DNA of 63,174 bases, counting the filler, from Squatina squatina (Eukaryota), in the NCBI GenBank assembly GCA_031763465.1. It is 4 parts of 3 records of this genome, joined end to end, with 100 filler letters (N's around TTAATTAATTAA, not from the genome) between each part and the next. Parts side by side here need not be neighbours in the genome. Positions count along the whole stretch, not along the records: positions 1 to 17,832 come from JARFOE010000219.1; 3 more parts are not named here. The stretch is one strand, 5' to 3'. The notes beneath the pieces are model-generated. The model was not told where the DNA came from and made no database searches. It was given only the letters and a program-made list of their open reading frames with translations. Position numbers and translations under genes: made by a program. This document shows, piece after piece, positions 1-12,975 of this stretch (within the stretch, counting starts at the first letter, position 1; every line of letters starts with the position of its first letter).

Positions 1-200
1 CGTCCACCTGAGAGAGCAGACGGGGCCTCGGTTTAACATCTCAGCTGAAAGGTGGCACCTCCAACAGTGCAGCACTCCCTCAGCACTGCACTGGAGTGAC
101 AGCCTTGATTTATGTACTCAAGACGCTGGAGCGGGACTTGAACCCACAACCTTCTGACTCAGAGTGTGCGAGAGTGCTACCCATTGGGCCACAGCTGACA
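1..200 (-). mobile_element. tRNA-derived DeuSINE (SacSINE1-like), 5' half, cut by window edge
   Basis: Minus strand shows A-box-like TGGCCCAATGG and B-box GGTTCAAGTCC, then the Deu core GATGTTAAACCGAGGCCCCGTCTGCTCTCTCAGGTGGACG; related copies near 20000, 23050 and 34400. Confidence 0.8.
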
Positions 201-364
201 CTGTAGAGGAAGAGGAAATTCCTGCTGTGGGAATTCCCTGTCTCAGGTGTCATACCCTCTGCTGTCCTGGGTCATATTTGAGGTGGACGGAGGTTGTGCC
301 CCTAAATAGACAATGACGGAAATTCAGAGTGTAGGCAGGACCCAGCATATCTAATTTGCCACCT

Positions 365-425
365 CTCGGCTGTACTCATAAGAATTAGAAGCAGGAGTAG
401 GCCATTCGGCCCCTCGGCTGTACTC
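365..425 (-). mobile_element. Extremely 5'-truncated CR1-type 3' tail (35 bp) between 13-bp target-site duplications
   Basis: CTCGGCTGTACTC at 365-377 and 413-425; insert 378-412 reads GGGCCGAATGGCCTACTCCTGCTTCTAATTCTTAT on minus strand, like CR1 tails at ~14945, ~40310 and ~59760. Confidence 0.8.
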
Positions 426-984
426 CTGGAAGACTTACGCTGGAAGTCCTGCATCAGGCTCAGCAGATTTTCATGGCCAGAGTTCTCAGACACTACTTAG
501 GCTTGCATTTCTGAAATCCTCCCTTTGTGATCAGTTTGTGGGATTATCCTAACTGTACTGTTAGATAAAGCAATACATTATGTCCCAAGCTTGGCATATG
601 AACACATTTAACATATGGCAAAGAGGCACATATGCCCTGCTTAATAATTTGCACAGCTCTCTGGAGATCTTACTCTCAGCAATGTTGTCTTTGGAGACTT
701 TGACATATTTGTGTAAAATGATCAATTATATAACTTCTAGCCAAAGCCTAAATGTGAAGCCAATAAAGCTGCCTGCATGAAACTCCTTTAACTATGTCAG
801 TTAATATGCTTCAATAACCATTTCGCTGTATTTTGCAGATGATATGCATTGAATAGAAATTGAGGTTGAGAGATCTGCTTAGTATAGAGTATGGTCACAT
901 AATACTCAGGGAGAAGACAGTAATAATGAGATGAAAAGAACCTTTGTGAAATTGGTAAAAGATGTAATAAAGGACACTTGGAAA

Positions 985-1183
985 GTATCAACAGGATGAG
1001 ACAAAGTCAACATGGATTTATGAAAGGGAAATCATGTTTGACAAACCTACTGGAATTTTTTGAGGATGTCGCTAGTAGAATAGATAAGGGAGAACCAGTG
1101 GATGTGGTGTATTTGGTTTTTCAGAAGGCTTTTGATAAAGTCCCACATAAGAGGTGAGTATGCAAAATTAGAGCACATGGGAT
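985..1183 (+). mobile_element. CR1 LINE reverse transcriptase fragment
   Basis: Translates QSQHGFMKGKSCLTNLLEFFEDVASRIDKGEPVDVVYLVFQKAFDKVPHKR*; ends at gap. Confidence 0.9.
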
Positions 1184-1819
1184 NNNNNNNNNNNNNNNNN
1201 NNNNNNNNNNNNNNNNNNNNNNNNNNNNNNNNNNNNNNNNNNNNNNNNNNNNNNNNNNNNNNNNNNNNNNNNNNNNNNNNNNNAAATTGGTGATGACTTT
1301 TTTTCAAAATTCAACAGAACATTAGAACTAGGTTTGGAGATGATGAAATGAGACATGAACAAATGGCTTGCACTTGCATTTAGTTTGTTCCAGATGGAAG
1401 AACAAGTAGTTAGAGAATTGTAGAGTTTTTCAGCATGCGAAATGAAGCATATCACAGCAGAGCCAGTTACAGAGACCATTGTCTCCTGAATATCTCTGCA
1501 TCACATTACAGTCTGACATACACTTAACTATTATTTAAATTGACAGACTAATCTCGTCAGATATTACAGTATACACATTTGTAAATACATGTGATTTCTT
1601 TTGCCCCTGCGTTTCGAATCCAATTCAATGGAATTGTGTCATCGTTGTAAATCCTGTTAACGTGGCATGATCTGGAATGTAAACTTTGTTGGCAAGACGA
1701 TTCCTTTCCTTGGTTCTTTGTTTTTTGTTTGCATCACTTGTTGAATGAATTAACTATAAGTGCACATTGTAAAAAAATGCTTAAATAATTTTCCATTAAC
1801 ACAAGAGAATAAGAATCTG

Positions 1820-2040
1820 AGGGCACCCAATTAGGCACTTACCGCTCGATGTCTTCTGTTGTTAAAATGGCGTACAAAATGGACGCCCGCCGTGGAATTA
1901 AGGTAGGCTGATTGTTTTTAAAAATTAGCAGTGACACCGACGACTTTTTTGTCGGTGTCACCTGGGTTTGAAAAACAGTTAAAGAGTCAAATGAGCGTTT
2001 AGGCCTAAAAGTTTTTAAAAGTCGAATTTATTTTCATTTT
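1820..2040 (+). mobile_element. End of non-autonomous TIR element (terminus AGGGCACCCAATT) with internal 11-bp hairpin
   Basis: Reverse-complement homologue at ~53270-53585 and matching terminus at 15526-15538; perfect stem GTGACACCGAC (1931-1941) / GTCGGTGTCAC (1951-1961). Confidence 0.65.
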
Positions 2041-2140
2041 NNNNNNNNNNNNNNNNNNNNNNNNNNNNNNNNNNNNNNNNNNNNNNNNNNNNNNNNNNNN
2101 NNNNNNNNNNNNNNNNNNNNNNNNNNNNNNNNNNNNNNNN

Positions 2141-2580
2141 GGTATTTTTGTGGCTGGTCCAGTTGAGTTTATGGTCAATGGCGACCCCGCAGGATGTTGA
2201 TGGCGGGAGACTCAGTGATGGCAATGGTGATGAATGTCAAAGAAGAGAGGTAGTTAGGTTCACTCATTGGAGATGGTCACTGACTGGTACTTGTGTGGCG
2301 CAAATGTTACTTGCCACCGATCACCCCAAGCCTGGATATTGTCCAGGTCTTGCTACATGCGGGCTTTAAATGCTTCATTATCTGGGGAATTGCAAATGGA
2401 ACTGATCACTGTGCTATCATCAGCAAACATCCCCATTTCAGACCTTATGATGGAGGTTAGGTCATTGATGAAGCTGAAGATAACTGGCCCTAGGGTGCTA
2501 CCCTGACGAGCTCCCGCTGCAATATACTTGGGCTGAGTTGATTAACCCTCCAACAACCACAACCATCTCCCTTTGTGTCA
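2141..2580 (-). mobile_element. Degenerate CR1-group LINE RT fragment
   Basis: Minus strand GARQGSTLGPVIFSFINDLTSIIRSEMGMFADD (PQG-like and FADD motifs), later IDHKLNWTSH. Confidence 0.75.
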
Positions 2581-3809
2581 GTTTTGTGCCAGTTTTCCAC
2601 TACTACTTAAAGCTAAAATCAGCCCTTTTCAGTTCTTAAGTGGTTAACTGGAACTCCTCCTTTTTGAAGTCGGCACAACAGCACAGCTACAGCCTCCACA
2701 AGGTCCAAGGATCCAATAACCGTTAACAGGAACAAATATCTGGCACTTTATCCCCTCAGTCTCTCCATCATTGTAAAATGATCACTCCAATTATTTGAGG
2801 TGGTATTTAATATAGGATTAGCCTTGGTCCTTGCAGAGAAGGTGGTGAGTGCAGGGTGAACAAAGTCTGAAAGCCTGTACGTGCCAATCGGCAATTGATA
2901 GCAGAGACGGCTGTAATTCGGCAGGAAAGTACAGTTAAACCAGTTAACTGGATTTGACTAATTGCAGATTTGCAAAATATATTTGTGAGTGTTATGTGAC
3001 CATATGTGTACCAATTCTTACTCAGGCACTTAAACCTTGCAGATGTAATTAAAACTACTGCATTAAAACATTGTTAATTTCTGTCAGCAAAAACAAAAGG
3101 TTCAAATAATAAGCATTGGCTCCCTAATTAATTAACTTATTAACCACATTAGATAAAGCTAAAAGCTTATTACTAAAGTTTGAATTTAATTGAAATAAAA
3201 GGCAATTAATTCAAATGTAGATCTGAGTGCTTGAAAGTGCATCCAGTACATTAAAACTACAGTAGACTATCATGGTGTTGCAGGACTCAGAGTCGAAAGT
3301 TGTTTATCATGATTAGGAAGTGCAGCACCATGACGAAATTTACTTCAACATGTTTTATTCTTACCAAAGGGATTTGAATGCTGCTTGTAGCAATACATTT
3401 TGTTCATTATATACATCTAGGTCATCAGGCATGGTAATGAAAGAGTTTATGCCTCTTATTATATTTAAATTGATATTTGCTAATTAATCTTTTGTCTGCT
3501 ACAGGAGAAGCTTTTTTCATTCTTACGAATTAGTGACTCGCTGCTTGCCAATCTGGATAGTCTCTCAGTTGTTGCCAGCTTCTGGGTCTTGAGCTTTGTA
3601 TCTTTTGCAATTAGTTCTGACAAGTGTAGAGGGAACAAAATAACAGTAATAATAATAAGTATTTATATTACGCAATTTCTGATACAATACCACTCACGGC
3701 GCTGTCATACGATACATGTTATTTCATTTTCATATTTCATATTTCTGAAAAGTAGATGAAATGAACACAAGATTGGCTCGTTTGTGATGCCCTTAGTCAA
3801 ATTGCTAAA

Positions 3810-3985
3810 CCCCATCATCACTGAAACAGATTATCTGGTTAGTATCTCATTGCTGTTTGTGGGAGCTTGCTGTGGGCAAATCGGCTGCTGCATTGCAACA
3901 GCGATTACACTTGAAAAGTATTGCAAAGCACTTTAGGACTTACTGAGGTTGTGAAAGGAGCTATATAACTACATGTCCTTTCTTC
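3810..3985 (+). mobile_element. DeuSINE 3' part
   Basis: ATTATCTGG..CATTGCTGTTTGTGGGAGCTTGCTGTG...AAAGGAGCTATATAA matches the reverse complement of the 19993-20170 copy. Confidence 0.65.
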
Positions 3986-4539
3986 TGACACATGCTATGG
4001 AAATGAAAGTATCCATTTGAACCGCCATGGATCACAATCTTTCAGGGCAGTGGAAGTAACAGGAGAAAATTGAAGAAACAAGATTATAGTTAATTAAAAT
4101 TAATTATAGCCATCACTCAAGATTTATTCGATCAAGAATTTAGACATTGCAGCAATTAATTAACATGGTCATGCATGAACACTGAAGATGAGAATATTAA
4201 CCATTTAATTACTGTTACATGGTATAGATATATACATCGCAGTGCCAACCCAGATATTGAAGAGCACATCATTAAAGTGAAGCAAGGAAAATGATCCAGC
4301 CATGGCAATGACTAAGTATTTCAAGGTACAACAACAAATGTTAAAACAACTTTTCACTGAGAAACAAGAGGCAACAATTAATAAAAAGATGATTAGAATC
4401 AACGTGAAGCCTCAGCTGATCTCGACTAGGAATAAAGGCTAGAGGACAAATTATAACCTTCAGCTAAAGGTAACTTCACAATTAAGAATTACTACTTGAT
4501 GAACATGTCAATAGATATCTGCTTCACATGGAGGTACAC

Positions 4540-4890
4540 AGGAGACTCCATGAGGTACCATTTTAAACACGGACCTTACGCTTCCGGGAGCAGAGTTCAA
4601 ATCTAACTGAGATAATCAGGCAGAAAGCCTCCTTGGTGTACTGACTGTAAGGTTCCTGTGGAAAATGCATTTGGGCTATTTCAGTTCAGATCCTTAGGAG
4701 CAAAGACTCACCGTACAAATTCAACTATAATCAGCAATCTAATTCAGAGAGGCTGGTATAAGAAATGCTAAAATTGTAACGGGTGCTCTTCTGAGATTGG
4801 GGTTGAGTAGAGGGAGCTTTACTCTACAGCCCACTGTGCTATTCCTGACCTGAGAGTCTGTGATGTTGGCAGTAGCTGGGCAAAAAAGAA
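4540..4890 (+). mobile_element. Old tRNA-SINE, LF-SINE-like
   Basis: B-box-like GAGTTCAAATC followed by patchy similarity to my recollection of the LF-SINE body; highly diverged. Confidence 0.4.
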
Positions 4891-5939
4891 CGTGTTCCAT
4901 TCCCAGTACTTGAGTGTATTATAAAAACAAAATAAAACCACCAAAACAGTAAGAGGTAAGNNNNNNNNNNNNNNNNNNNNNNNNNNNNNNNNNNNNNNNN
5001 NNNNNNNNNNNNNNNNNNNNNNNNNNNNNNNNNNNNNNNNNNNNNNNNNNNNNNNNNNNNTATCTGCACTGCAAAGACTAATTAGTGGATTATTTTGCCC
5101 ATTATATTCCAACAAGGCGTGTTGTCAGAAGCCTGACTTTCTATGTCGTCCCTGTGAGGCCTAAACATCAAACAAGCCTGCTCAGCAACAATGAACTGCA
5201 GCCTAGCAGAACAATCTAAGGAGGCTGTGTGTGGTTGAAAGGAGGTCGCGCAGATGGTGTCTCAGGCTCTTCAGGAACTACCTGCATGCATCATTGCCAT
5301 TTTTCTCTCATTACTTACATTTCTATTGGTTTTTGCTCTTTGAAATTCTAACTTTATAAATAAAGGACAGATGTGTGGCAGTGAGGCTATAAATTAGAAA
5401 TGTAGGTATGTGAAAAACTCTTCCTGCTGTTATGATGGTCCTTTAAAAGTAGGTTGCCACAAAAAAATGTCCAAGGCCATTGTTTGAGAGAAAAGATTTT
5501 TTAATTGGCCTCGTCTAATTTAGATGGCATATTGAGCAGACTTTAAAACTGTTGATTCTTGCAGGCTAGGTATTAGATGAAAAATGACACTTTATCCACA
5601 TTATGTATGAATCTTTTGTTAATAAAAGTTCCCTTCAACACATCACGGCTTGAANNNNNNNNNNNNNNNNNNNNNNNNNNNNNNNNNNNNNNNNNNNNNN
5701 NNNNNNNNNNNNNNNNNNNNNNNNNNNNNNNNNNNNNNNNNNNNNNNNNNNNNNATGCTGGTTTGTTTTTCTTTGAAATTGAAATCAGTTTCTTTATAAG
5801 GGCCACCCAGCTTCAGGATTGCTTAGCAGCAGCTGATAATTACATAATTAATCAGTAAACACTGCCTTGTTGTCTTATTCATAACCGTGACAACCCAGTC
5901 AACCCTAAGATGAAGGAAGGCCAAACTGCAGAAAAAAAA

Positions 5940-6123
5940 TGACTCAATTTTCATCTTCACCGCCTGGGCAGTAATCTGGCAGAGCAGATTGCCTGTTGAT
6001 TGTAGAACCTGCCCTATTTTCATCTCATTGAATCGATCAAATGAAAATCAGGCAGGTTCTATAACAGACAGGTGATCATCTTTGCCAGGTTACTGCCCAG
6101 ATAGTGAAGCTGAAATTGACCCC
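5940..6123. mobile_element. Palindromic (foldback) MITE, ~80-bp inverted arms
   Basis: Left arm TCAATTTTCATCTTCACCGCCTGGGCAGTAATCTGGCA...TAGAACCTGCCCTATTTTCAT pairs with right arm ATGAAAATCAGGCAGGTTCTA...TGCCAGGTTACTGCCCAGATAGTGAAGCTGAAATTGA; centre CATTGAATCGATCAAATG; decayed relative at ~7670-7795. Confidence 0.8.
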
Positions 6124-6443
6124 CGTTGTCTCCTCCTGAGGTATAGTGCCATGAGTACCTTGCCCAGGCCATTCTTCATCTGTGAGCCCAGGTTATGCAC
6201 CATCAAGGTTAGCCCTATCCAATATCTTCATCAATGCTGGCAGCAGCAGGGATGGTTTGGACTATCTTTTCTAGGCATTCTGGAATAACTGTGATGCATT
6301 GTAGTGTTAGCAGACTCTCAGTCAATGACCTGGTGCATGCTACATACCAGTTAGAACAATGGGCTAACCAGTAGGGTATGTGAATGGGTGTCCCAACCAT
6401 GATACTATGGCTTTATACAGCTCAAGAGGGAACTACAAATATA

Positions 6444-7456
6444 GGGGTTGATTTTGGTCCTCCAGTGGGAACTGGGCAGGGTTAAGAGCGACGGTCACCC
6501 AGAGGAATTGCTTGGGGAACCTGTCACATTTTCCAGGTTGTCCCTTTTAATTGTCTGAGTGAGGTGATCTGCCAGTGGGAAATGTAGGTACATTGATGAC
6601 TAGGAAGAGAGAAATTGGTTGCTGTCACAGGTTTTTAAGGGCCTGTAGCACTTAAAGGGAAGCTGTATTTTTTGTGGCCAAAGCAAGGAAGCAACACTGT
6701 GAACTTACATGTATTAAGATTAAATGTAATAAGCAAATATAAGAAATGAGTTTCATTTCTGAAACTGAATATGGATAAGTTAATTATGTACTGATGTCAC
6801 TGGAACACTGCTGCATTAGTCACCAGTAACTACAGATAATATAAAATGATTGCCTTTTATTACATGAAACAATTTTCTAATGTTGAGTTTTTTTCAGTAA
6901 ACCCTAGTTGTCTCCTCTTGAGATGATGAATTGCTTTGCCTTGTCATGTAGATCTGCTGTACACAGAACACATCTGGTCTACAGAGATGGAACAACCAGC
7001 TCAGTGTATGTGATCTGAATGAAGTTGGTAAAATGGTAAATAAACTGAGAATTGCAAAGTGAAACATGTGAAGGCCCGATAATGCCTTTTTAAACATGCA
7101 GAAGAGGAATCTTGCAGGGTTACTAATGTACTAGCATTTAGTGAAAAAACTGTGCTTCGTCTAATACCTATTTCTAAAAAAAAAGAAACTAATTGAGGAT
7201 CTTACAAGAACACTTTTAGTTTCTGGCAGCTGAATATTTTTTAGAGGCTTCAGTCAATGGAGTTACAAAGTTTATATTTTATAAATATATGATTATCTTA
7301 AACTGGTGAATAAAATCATCTGGAAAACTGCTATGGGACTAAGATATTTGTACATTTGGTCTCTGCTTAGAAGTTAGCAATAGCAATACCCCCAAGTGGT
7401 TAGACAGCTCTGCCCACCTCCCGCCCAATGGAAACTTTCACTTGAAAATCAACCCC
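6444..7456. mobile_element. Candidate ~1 kb non-autonomous DNA transposon bounded by 12-bp inverted repeats
   Basis: GGGGTTGATTTT (6444-6455) and AAAATCAACCCC (7445-7456); no matching TSD. Confidence 0.4.
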
Positions 7457-10400
7457 AATTACATTATAGTTTCTTATTTTGATTCATGAGATATTTGTGC
7501 ATTAAAGCAAAAATTATAATATAACTTTGGGAGTGAAGCTGTCAAATTGATGGAACATAAACCTTTTGCAATACACTATGATATCACCTTGAGGCAGTAT
7601 TCTTAGAACGATTAGGCTCTTACTAGTTGCAATTAAAGCTACAACTGGTCTAAAATGATCTTTCATAATGGGGTGGATCTTCCTTTTCATTACTTGATTG
7701 GAATCACTGGCATGAAATTCAAGTGGGCTCTATAAAGTGTACATGAGCTGTCCAGCTAGATTACCCCACAGTCACTGAAGATGAAAACCTATCCCTTTTT
7801 TTTTTAACTTTAAGAAAAAATGTTTAAATGTTTTCTTAGGTTGAGCATTAACTAAGATTAATAGTTTAAACAGCATTTGGACATCTGTGAGAGGTGGGGG
7901 CTGCTCTGTGCATGCACATAACATTTATGCCCAAGAGCTCTGTTGTTCTGATCAGAGAGCAACGCGAAACCAGCAAAATAATTCAGCAGCACTGGCTCTG
8001 CAACAGTCAAAAACAGATGTGGCAGTTTATCAGTAAGGTTAATTCTTGCATATATTGAAATCCAGGCTGTCACTCTGACACATGAGACATATTTTGCAAC
8101 AGAATTATAAAAACATACCAACTTGTAACTTAAGTGTGAACATTAATAATAATTATCATAAATACTTAAAGGGCTTTGTCGGCACAAGGGCACTTTTGGC
8201 GCATTTCCAATAGGTTTGAGGATAAATCTACAAAGTATTCTCCACGAAATCATCCACCACAATGATACTGGAATTCACATGGATATAATAAGGGACCAAA
8301 TCAGAACCCAACTGCAATAATAGACAATTACTATTGTAGCTCTCAAATGCAAGCCACTTGACTTGTACAGATGATTTTTATTTATTGCACACAGGCAGTG
8401 AAATGATGAAATGGAATCCACAGCAGAAACCTGAAATTATCTATATTGATTTTACATGTGCTTGTGAAAAAATTGACAAAATTCTGAAGTGTATTCCCTG
8501 GTACACAAAAAAAAACGAAATGTCCATACCTGAGAACTGTTGAAAGGACATCAATAATTTAAGATGATTGACCCAAAAAAAGGCTTTTAAGAAAAATGGA
8601 GCTAAGATCCAACACGCAAAGGTAGAAGAAAAGCTGACTGCAGTACTTCACACCGTATGTAAAACAAAGCCTGAACCTTCTCTGACTGCAGTGATTCTAG
8701 TGAGTGTTGCATTATTTCACAAAGTCATGCACAATATCTATATGCAGCTCCTTCAAAGAATATGTAAGTAGTTTCAGTCCATTAATCTGTTCAACTTTGT
8801 CAGGTTTCTCCTGTCTAAAGTTGTTGTGAAACCTTATTACACATAGTTTACGAACAGTCCAGTGTCACTTAAGCAAAACTTGTCTTGCATCTCCACAAGG
8901 TGATGCTTACACTTCAAAGACTCCTGGGTCAGTGTAACAGCAAGCTTTCATGGCCTTTGAAGTGCTGGAAGAGCTGTTTGCCCACCTTGAGGAACCTGAG
9001 GGTAAACCTTCTCACAATTCAGCTGCTAAAGTGGCTGGACCTTGGAACAGCGAGCATAATGCTCACCAGAATTCTGCTGGACTGATCTCATGGGATTTCC
9101 CAAGGGCAAATTATTTATAGCAAGCCCCTGGCCCAGATCTGGCCTGCCCACGAGAGCTTGCTGTCAGCAGCTTCTGTTTAAAGGGACTGCTTCACCTTTT
9201 TCTGTCCACACAGAGAGAAATGGCTGGACAAAGGGTAGATTATCTCAATTTTCCACAGCATGTTTGGAGGGGATTGTGGGGAAGAAGCACAGTAAGATTT
9301 CCCTCTTTGGCATGCCACAATATCTTTGTTGCAGGAGAGTTGTCAAAGCTGTTTGGCAGGAAATAGNNNNNNNNNNNNNNNNNNNNNNNNNNNNNNNNNN
9401 NNNNNNNNNNNNNNNNNNNNNNNNNNNNNNNNNNNNNNNNNNNNNNNNNNNNNNNNNNNNNNNNNNCTTTAATATATTCTTTGACAGCACTTGGGTTCCT
9501 ATTTGATTGATAGTAATTGTGCTGGACAAGCTTTGAGGCAGAACATTTCTACCATCTTCAGTTTGTTGTGGTGGTGGTGTGTGTCACTGGGTTGATTGAT
9601 AAGGTATTTTATAAAAAACTCATGTCTCGGTGTATGTGTGGTTGAGCCCTGAATCTCAAATTTACAAAATGGAGTTGATGTTATCAGTGTTTGACAGTGA
9701 AGGCATTATTAAGACAGACAGGTGCTTAATCGTTAGTCTGGCACCAGCCACCAACATGAATTTCTCTGTTACAATGAGGCTGGGATTTCATTTAGCACAT
9801 GGAAGCAAACCTGTGTTTTTCAAACAGCTGCAACATGAGGACAACCTTATTCCATGACTGGCTGTTTCTTTGATTGAATTAAAATGTGAAATTAAAAATT
9901 CTCTCCGCATGTGAAAAGACATCTTGTTGAACTGCTTGAGTTCCACACATGGCTTTCTCTGTGTGAAAGGGATGGCTGACTGATTATAGAAACACAACAG
10001 GGGGACTTTTAGCTCCCTCCGCACTGTGAAAACCAAGTGGAATGGGATTAAAATTAAAGTGGTATGCTTAACTCACTTTTACCACCCCAAGGCCATTTTA
10101 TCCCCACTGTTTTCTTGGGCAGACGGGGAATATATGTAAATCAGAATCCTATGATGTACTTAACCATTTTAAAAGCTTACTGGACAGACTCTCTGCTGTG
10201 GGCACTCCCCTCAGGANNNNNNNNNNNNNNNNNNNNNNNNNNNNNNNNNNNNNNNNNNNNNNNNNNNNNNNNNNNNNNNNNNNNNNNNNNNNNNNNNNNN
10301 NNNNNNNNNNNNNNNNACCATGCATAATCCAAGCAATTAATGATCTTTGAAAATAAATTTGTTTCAGATGCATATAAATTAAGCTGGGAACAGTCGATTT

Positions 10401-11269
10401 CCTAACATATTCTACTTTCTTTAACATACAGAACTGAGTGATGCATAGATCATAAATTACAGAAATCACAGCATTCTCACTATTTCTGGCTTTTGTTTAA
10501 AAGAAAAATGTTCCTGCTATACTATTACATTATTAATCAAGCATTTCTGTTTGTCTTCATATGGAAGAGCTGAGAGATGATGATCCTGAGGAGAATAAAA
10601 TTGTTATAATGCAATATTGGGCCTCCAGTCTCTTATAGCTAAGACTGACAACACTAGATTCATATTATGGATTCATGGATGCTGATGTTGAAGATTGACA
10701 AATATTGTAAAATCTAGCTCTGTTAAATTTTCTTACTTTAATTCCCTCCAACAGAGCCTTCCTCTTTGGGCCGAAGATTTTGGTTGTGTTTTTTTCAATT
10801 ATTTTGGCTTTGATGAGAGTCCAGATCGTTCCTTGAGGAAGTTTTTGCCATGCCTCATAAGTGTGCATTCTGGTCCTACATGTTAAAGGCTTTATTACTT
10901 CTCTAACTGTGGCTTTCTCCATCTTCTTCTAGGCTATTGCACACTTTTGCCACTTTGTGGATCATCTGGGTCACTAATCAGGATTTTCTGCTTTTGTGTT
11001 CCCCATGGAGCAATTTTCCTCTCGTTCTATTTAATAAGCAGAAAAGCATGGGCTGGGAGCACAGAAGTAGACAATGCTGGCCATTAACATCCCGGGAGTA
11101 CTTTGTGCTGTTGTTCTGAATTGCCCAATTGTTCTGACAATTCTCTGCTCTGTATTTCTAGCACGTGATTCTGTTATTTATTTCTTTTATTTGTACTTTC
11201 CAAGTGTTGGCTTATGAACTTATAAAAAAAAAATAAACAGTTTAAGGGCAAAGAACACATAAGTAGCAT

Positions 11270-11640
11270 CCCTGGTGGCACAGCAAGTACATTTTGTGGT
11301 ACTGGGTCATACAGGCCAGTAATGTCCTAGGCTCAGTCCTGGATCTGTGGTATGTTAGTCAGGGCACCATAATTGATCTCAGTTTGCCTGGGATATGGAG
11401 GGTAGGGGCAGGCGGGAGGGGGAAGGGGAAAATAAAACAAACAAGCGTACTGCTTCTGATCAGAATCTAGTGACTGTCTACTGCAACGGCTCTTATGGTG
11501 ATGCCTGGTGGGCATAAAATCAAATCAGCTGTGATTGTACTCATATTTCTACAGTCAAACATCTCACTGACACCCACTGTCCAGGCACACATACAAAGTG
11601 CTGGAAGGTCATCGCTGCTGATTACACCACTTGCTCAGCA
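11270..11640 (+). mobile_element. Old dispersed tRNA-like SINE family (second family)
   Basis: Shared blocks (CATACAG..CCAG..GTCC.AGG, ACTGTC.AGGC.CAC) with diverged copies at ~6130-6420(-), 15650-15990, 24860-25250, 29510-29750, 31490-31835(-) and 33560-33830(-). Confidence 0.5.
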
Positions 11641-12380
11641 TGACTTGTCACATTTACAAATAGAGATTATACGAGGAAAAATGTAGATATGAAGAACAGT
11701 GAATTGCTTTTCATGTGCCAATGTGGTTGGAAGCCATACATAAAAAATACACACAAATGAAAGATTGTACAGAAAAATAACTGTGAATGTATCTTTTGCT
11801 GGAGATTATCATGTTAAATCAGTGTGTTATTGTGGTCATGATAATGGGATAGAGGAATGCTATGTCTACCAGTAAACTGCATGTCTTCAGTGATTCACAG
11901 CTCCATCTGTAGCTCAGCTCTATCAGCATAATCATTATAGATCTGAGTGTATTGGATGTATGTGATCATCCAAGAGGTTCCTGCTACAAATAGAGATAAA
12001 TTTGTAAAGACAAAAACTTGAAAATGTTTTTTCTTAGTGTGATACACGACTGTAAACTAGCTATTCTCTACTTTTTAACGCTTGTAACGTTACATTCATT
12101 GTTTGTGAAAATATTTAATGAATTTAACGTATATTGGGACTATGATTGTGAAGTGAACAAAGATTTCACACGCATTGCTCCTCGCATCTGTGACTAAGGA
12201 GTCACGGTGGTGGATTGTGGGAACAAAGGTACCCTCTTTGTCTCCTGTATTTTCGCCTCTCCTGAGACCGGGTCATTACCATGCCAGTTGAAGGCACACT
12301 GCTTTGCTGTTCATCATTTGCCTTGTGGCAGGGTTGCTCCTGCTGAATGCCAACCATTTATGTTGGTTTCACTGCCAGAG

Positions 12381-12975
12381 CTACTGCATCGTGGGCCTGG
12401 AGATCGTGTGCACTGGGAGCAGACATAGCGGTTCAACAAGAGTCAAATTAGTGGCAGTAAAACATGCTGCCATAACGTGAAGCATTTGGACGAAAGTCTC
12501 ATTCATGTTGTTGAGATTGAAGTTAATTTGTTGAAGCTCTTCATGATTAGCTTCAATCACCTTAATAATACAGTCAAGACTGGTTACTTTAGTCTTATTC
12601 ATTGTTCATATCTTTTGACTCACAGAGTAAATTTGCTCGGCCCGAGTTGCATTGTAATTGTGATCAGTTTGAGATCTTGGTGCTTCGCTCACCTCCTTTA
12701 CATTGTCAGGTTGGTGTACGTCTGTGTAACCACACTCATATATGCCTTGCACACAGCTAGAGATGCCAGGTAAAGCAGAGATAGTGTGGCAAAACAGAGG
12801 GTCAGTATCTTCGACTTCCACTGCCTGTTCCAGCATCAAATCCTACTCCTCTTCCATCTGCACCCCTTCATTCTCTATTCGTACAGGTGCTTCTGAGGCC
12901 CATTCTGCAGTAACCTCTTCAGACACAGACTGGCAGACCTGTTTGTCACTTGTGCCTGATGATATTTGTACACCA
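12381..12975 (-). pseudogene. Decayed acidic/coiled-coil reading frame, possibly the C-terminal exon of a Harbinger accessory (Myb/SANT partner) gene
   Basis: Track ORFs 12843-13031, 12606-12839 and 12381-12602 are one frame broken only by stops; E/S-rich start, then heptad-like IEANHEELQQINFNLNNMNETF; preceded by a polypyrimidine tract ending CACTG instead of CACAG. Confidence 0.4.

Noticed and set aside
1284-1510. Faint hAT-transposase-like translation (QVVREL*SFSACEMKHITAEPVTETIVS)
   Set aside because: Multiple stops, and similarity is too weak to support without a search.
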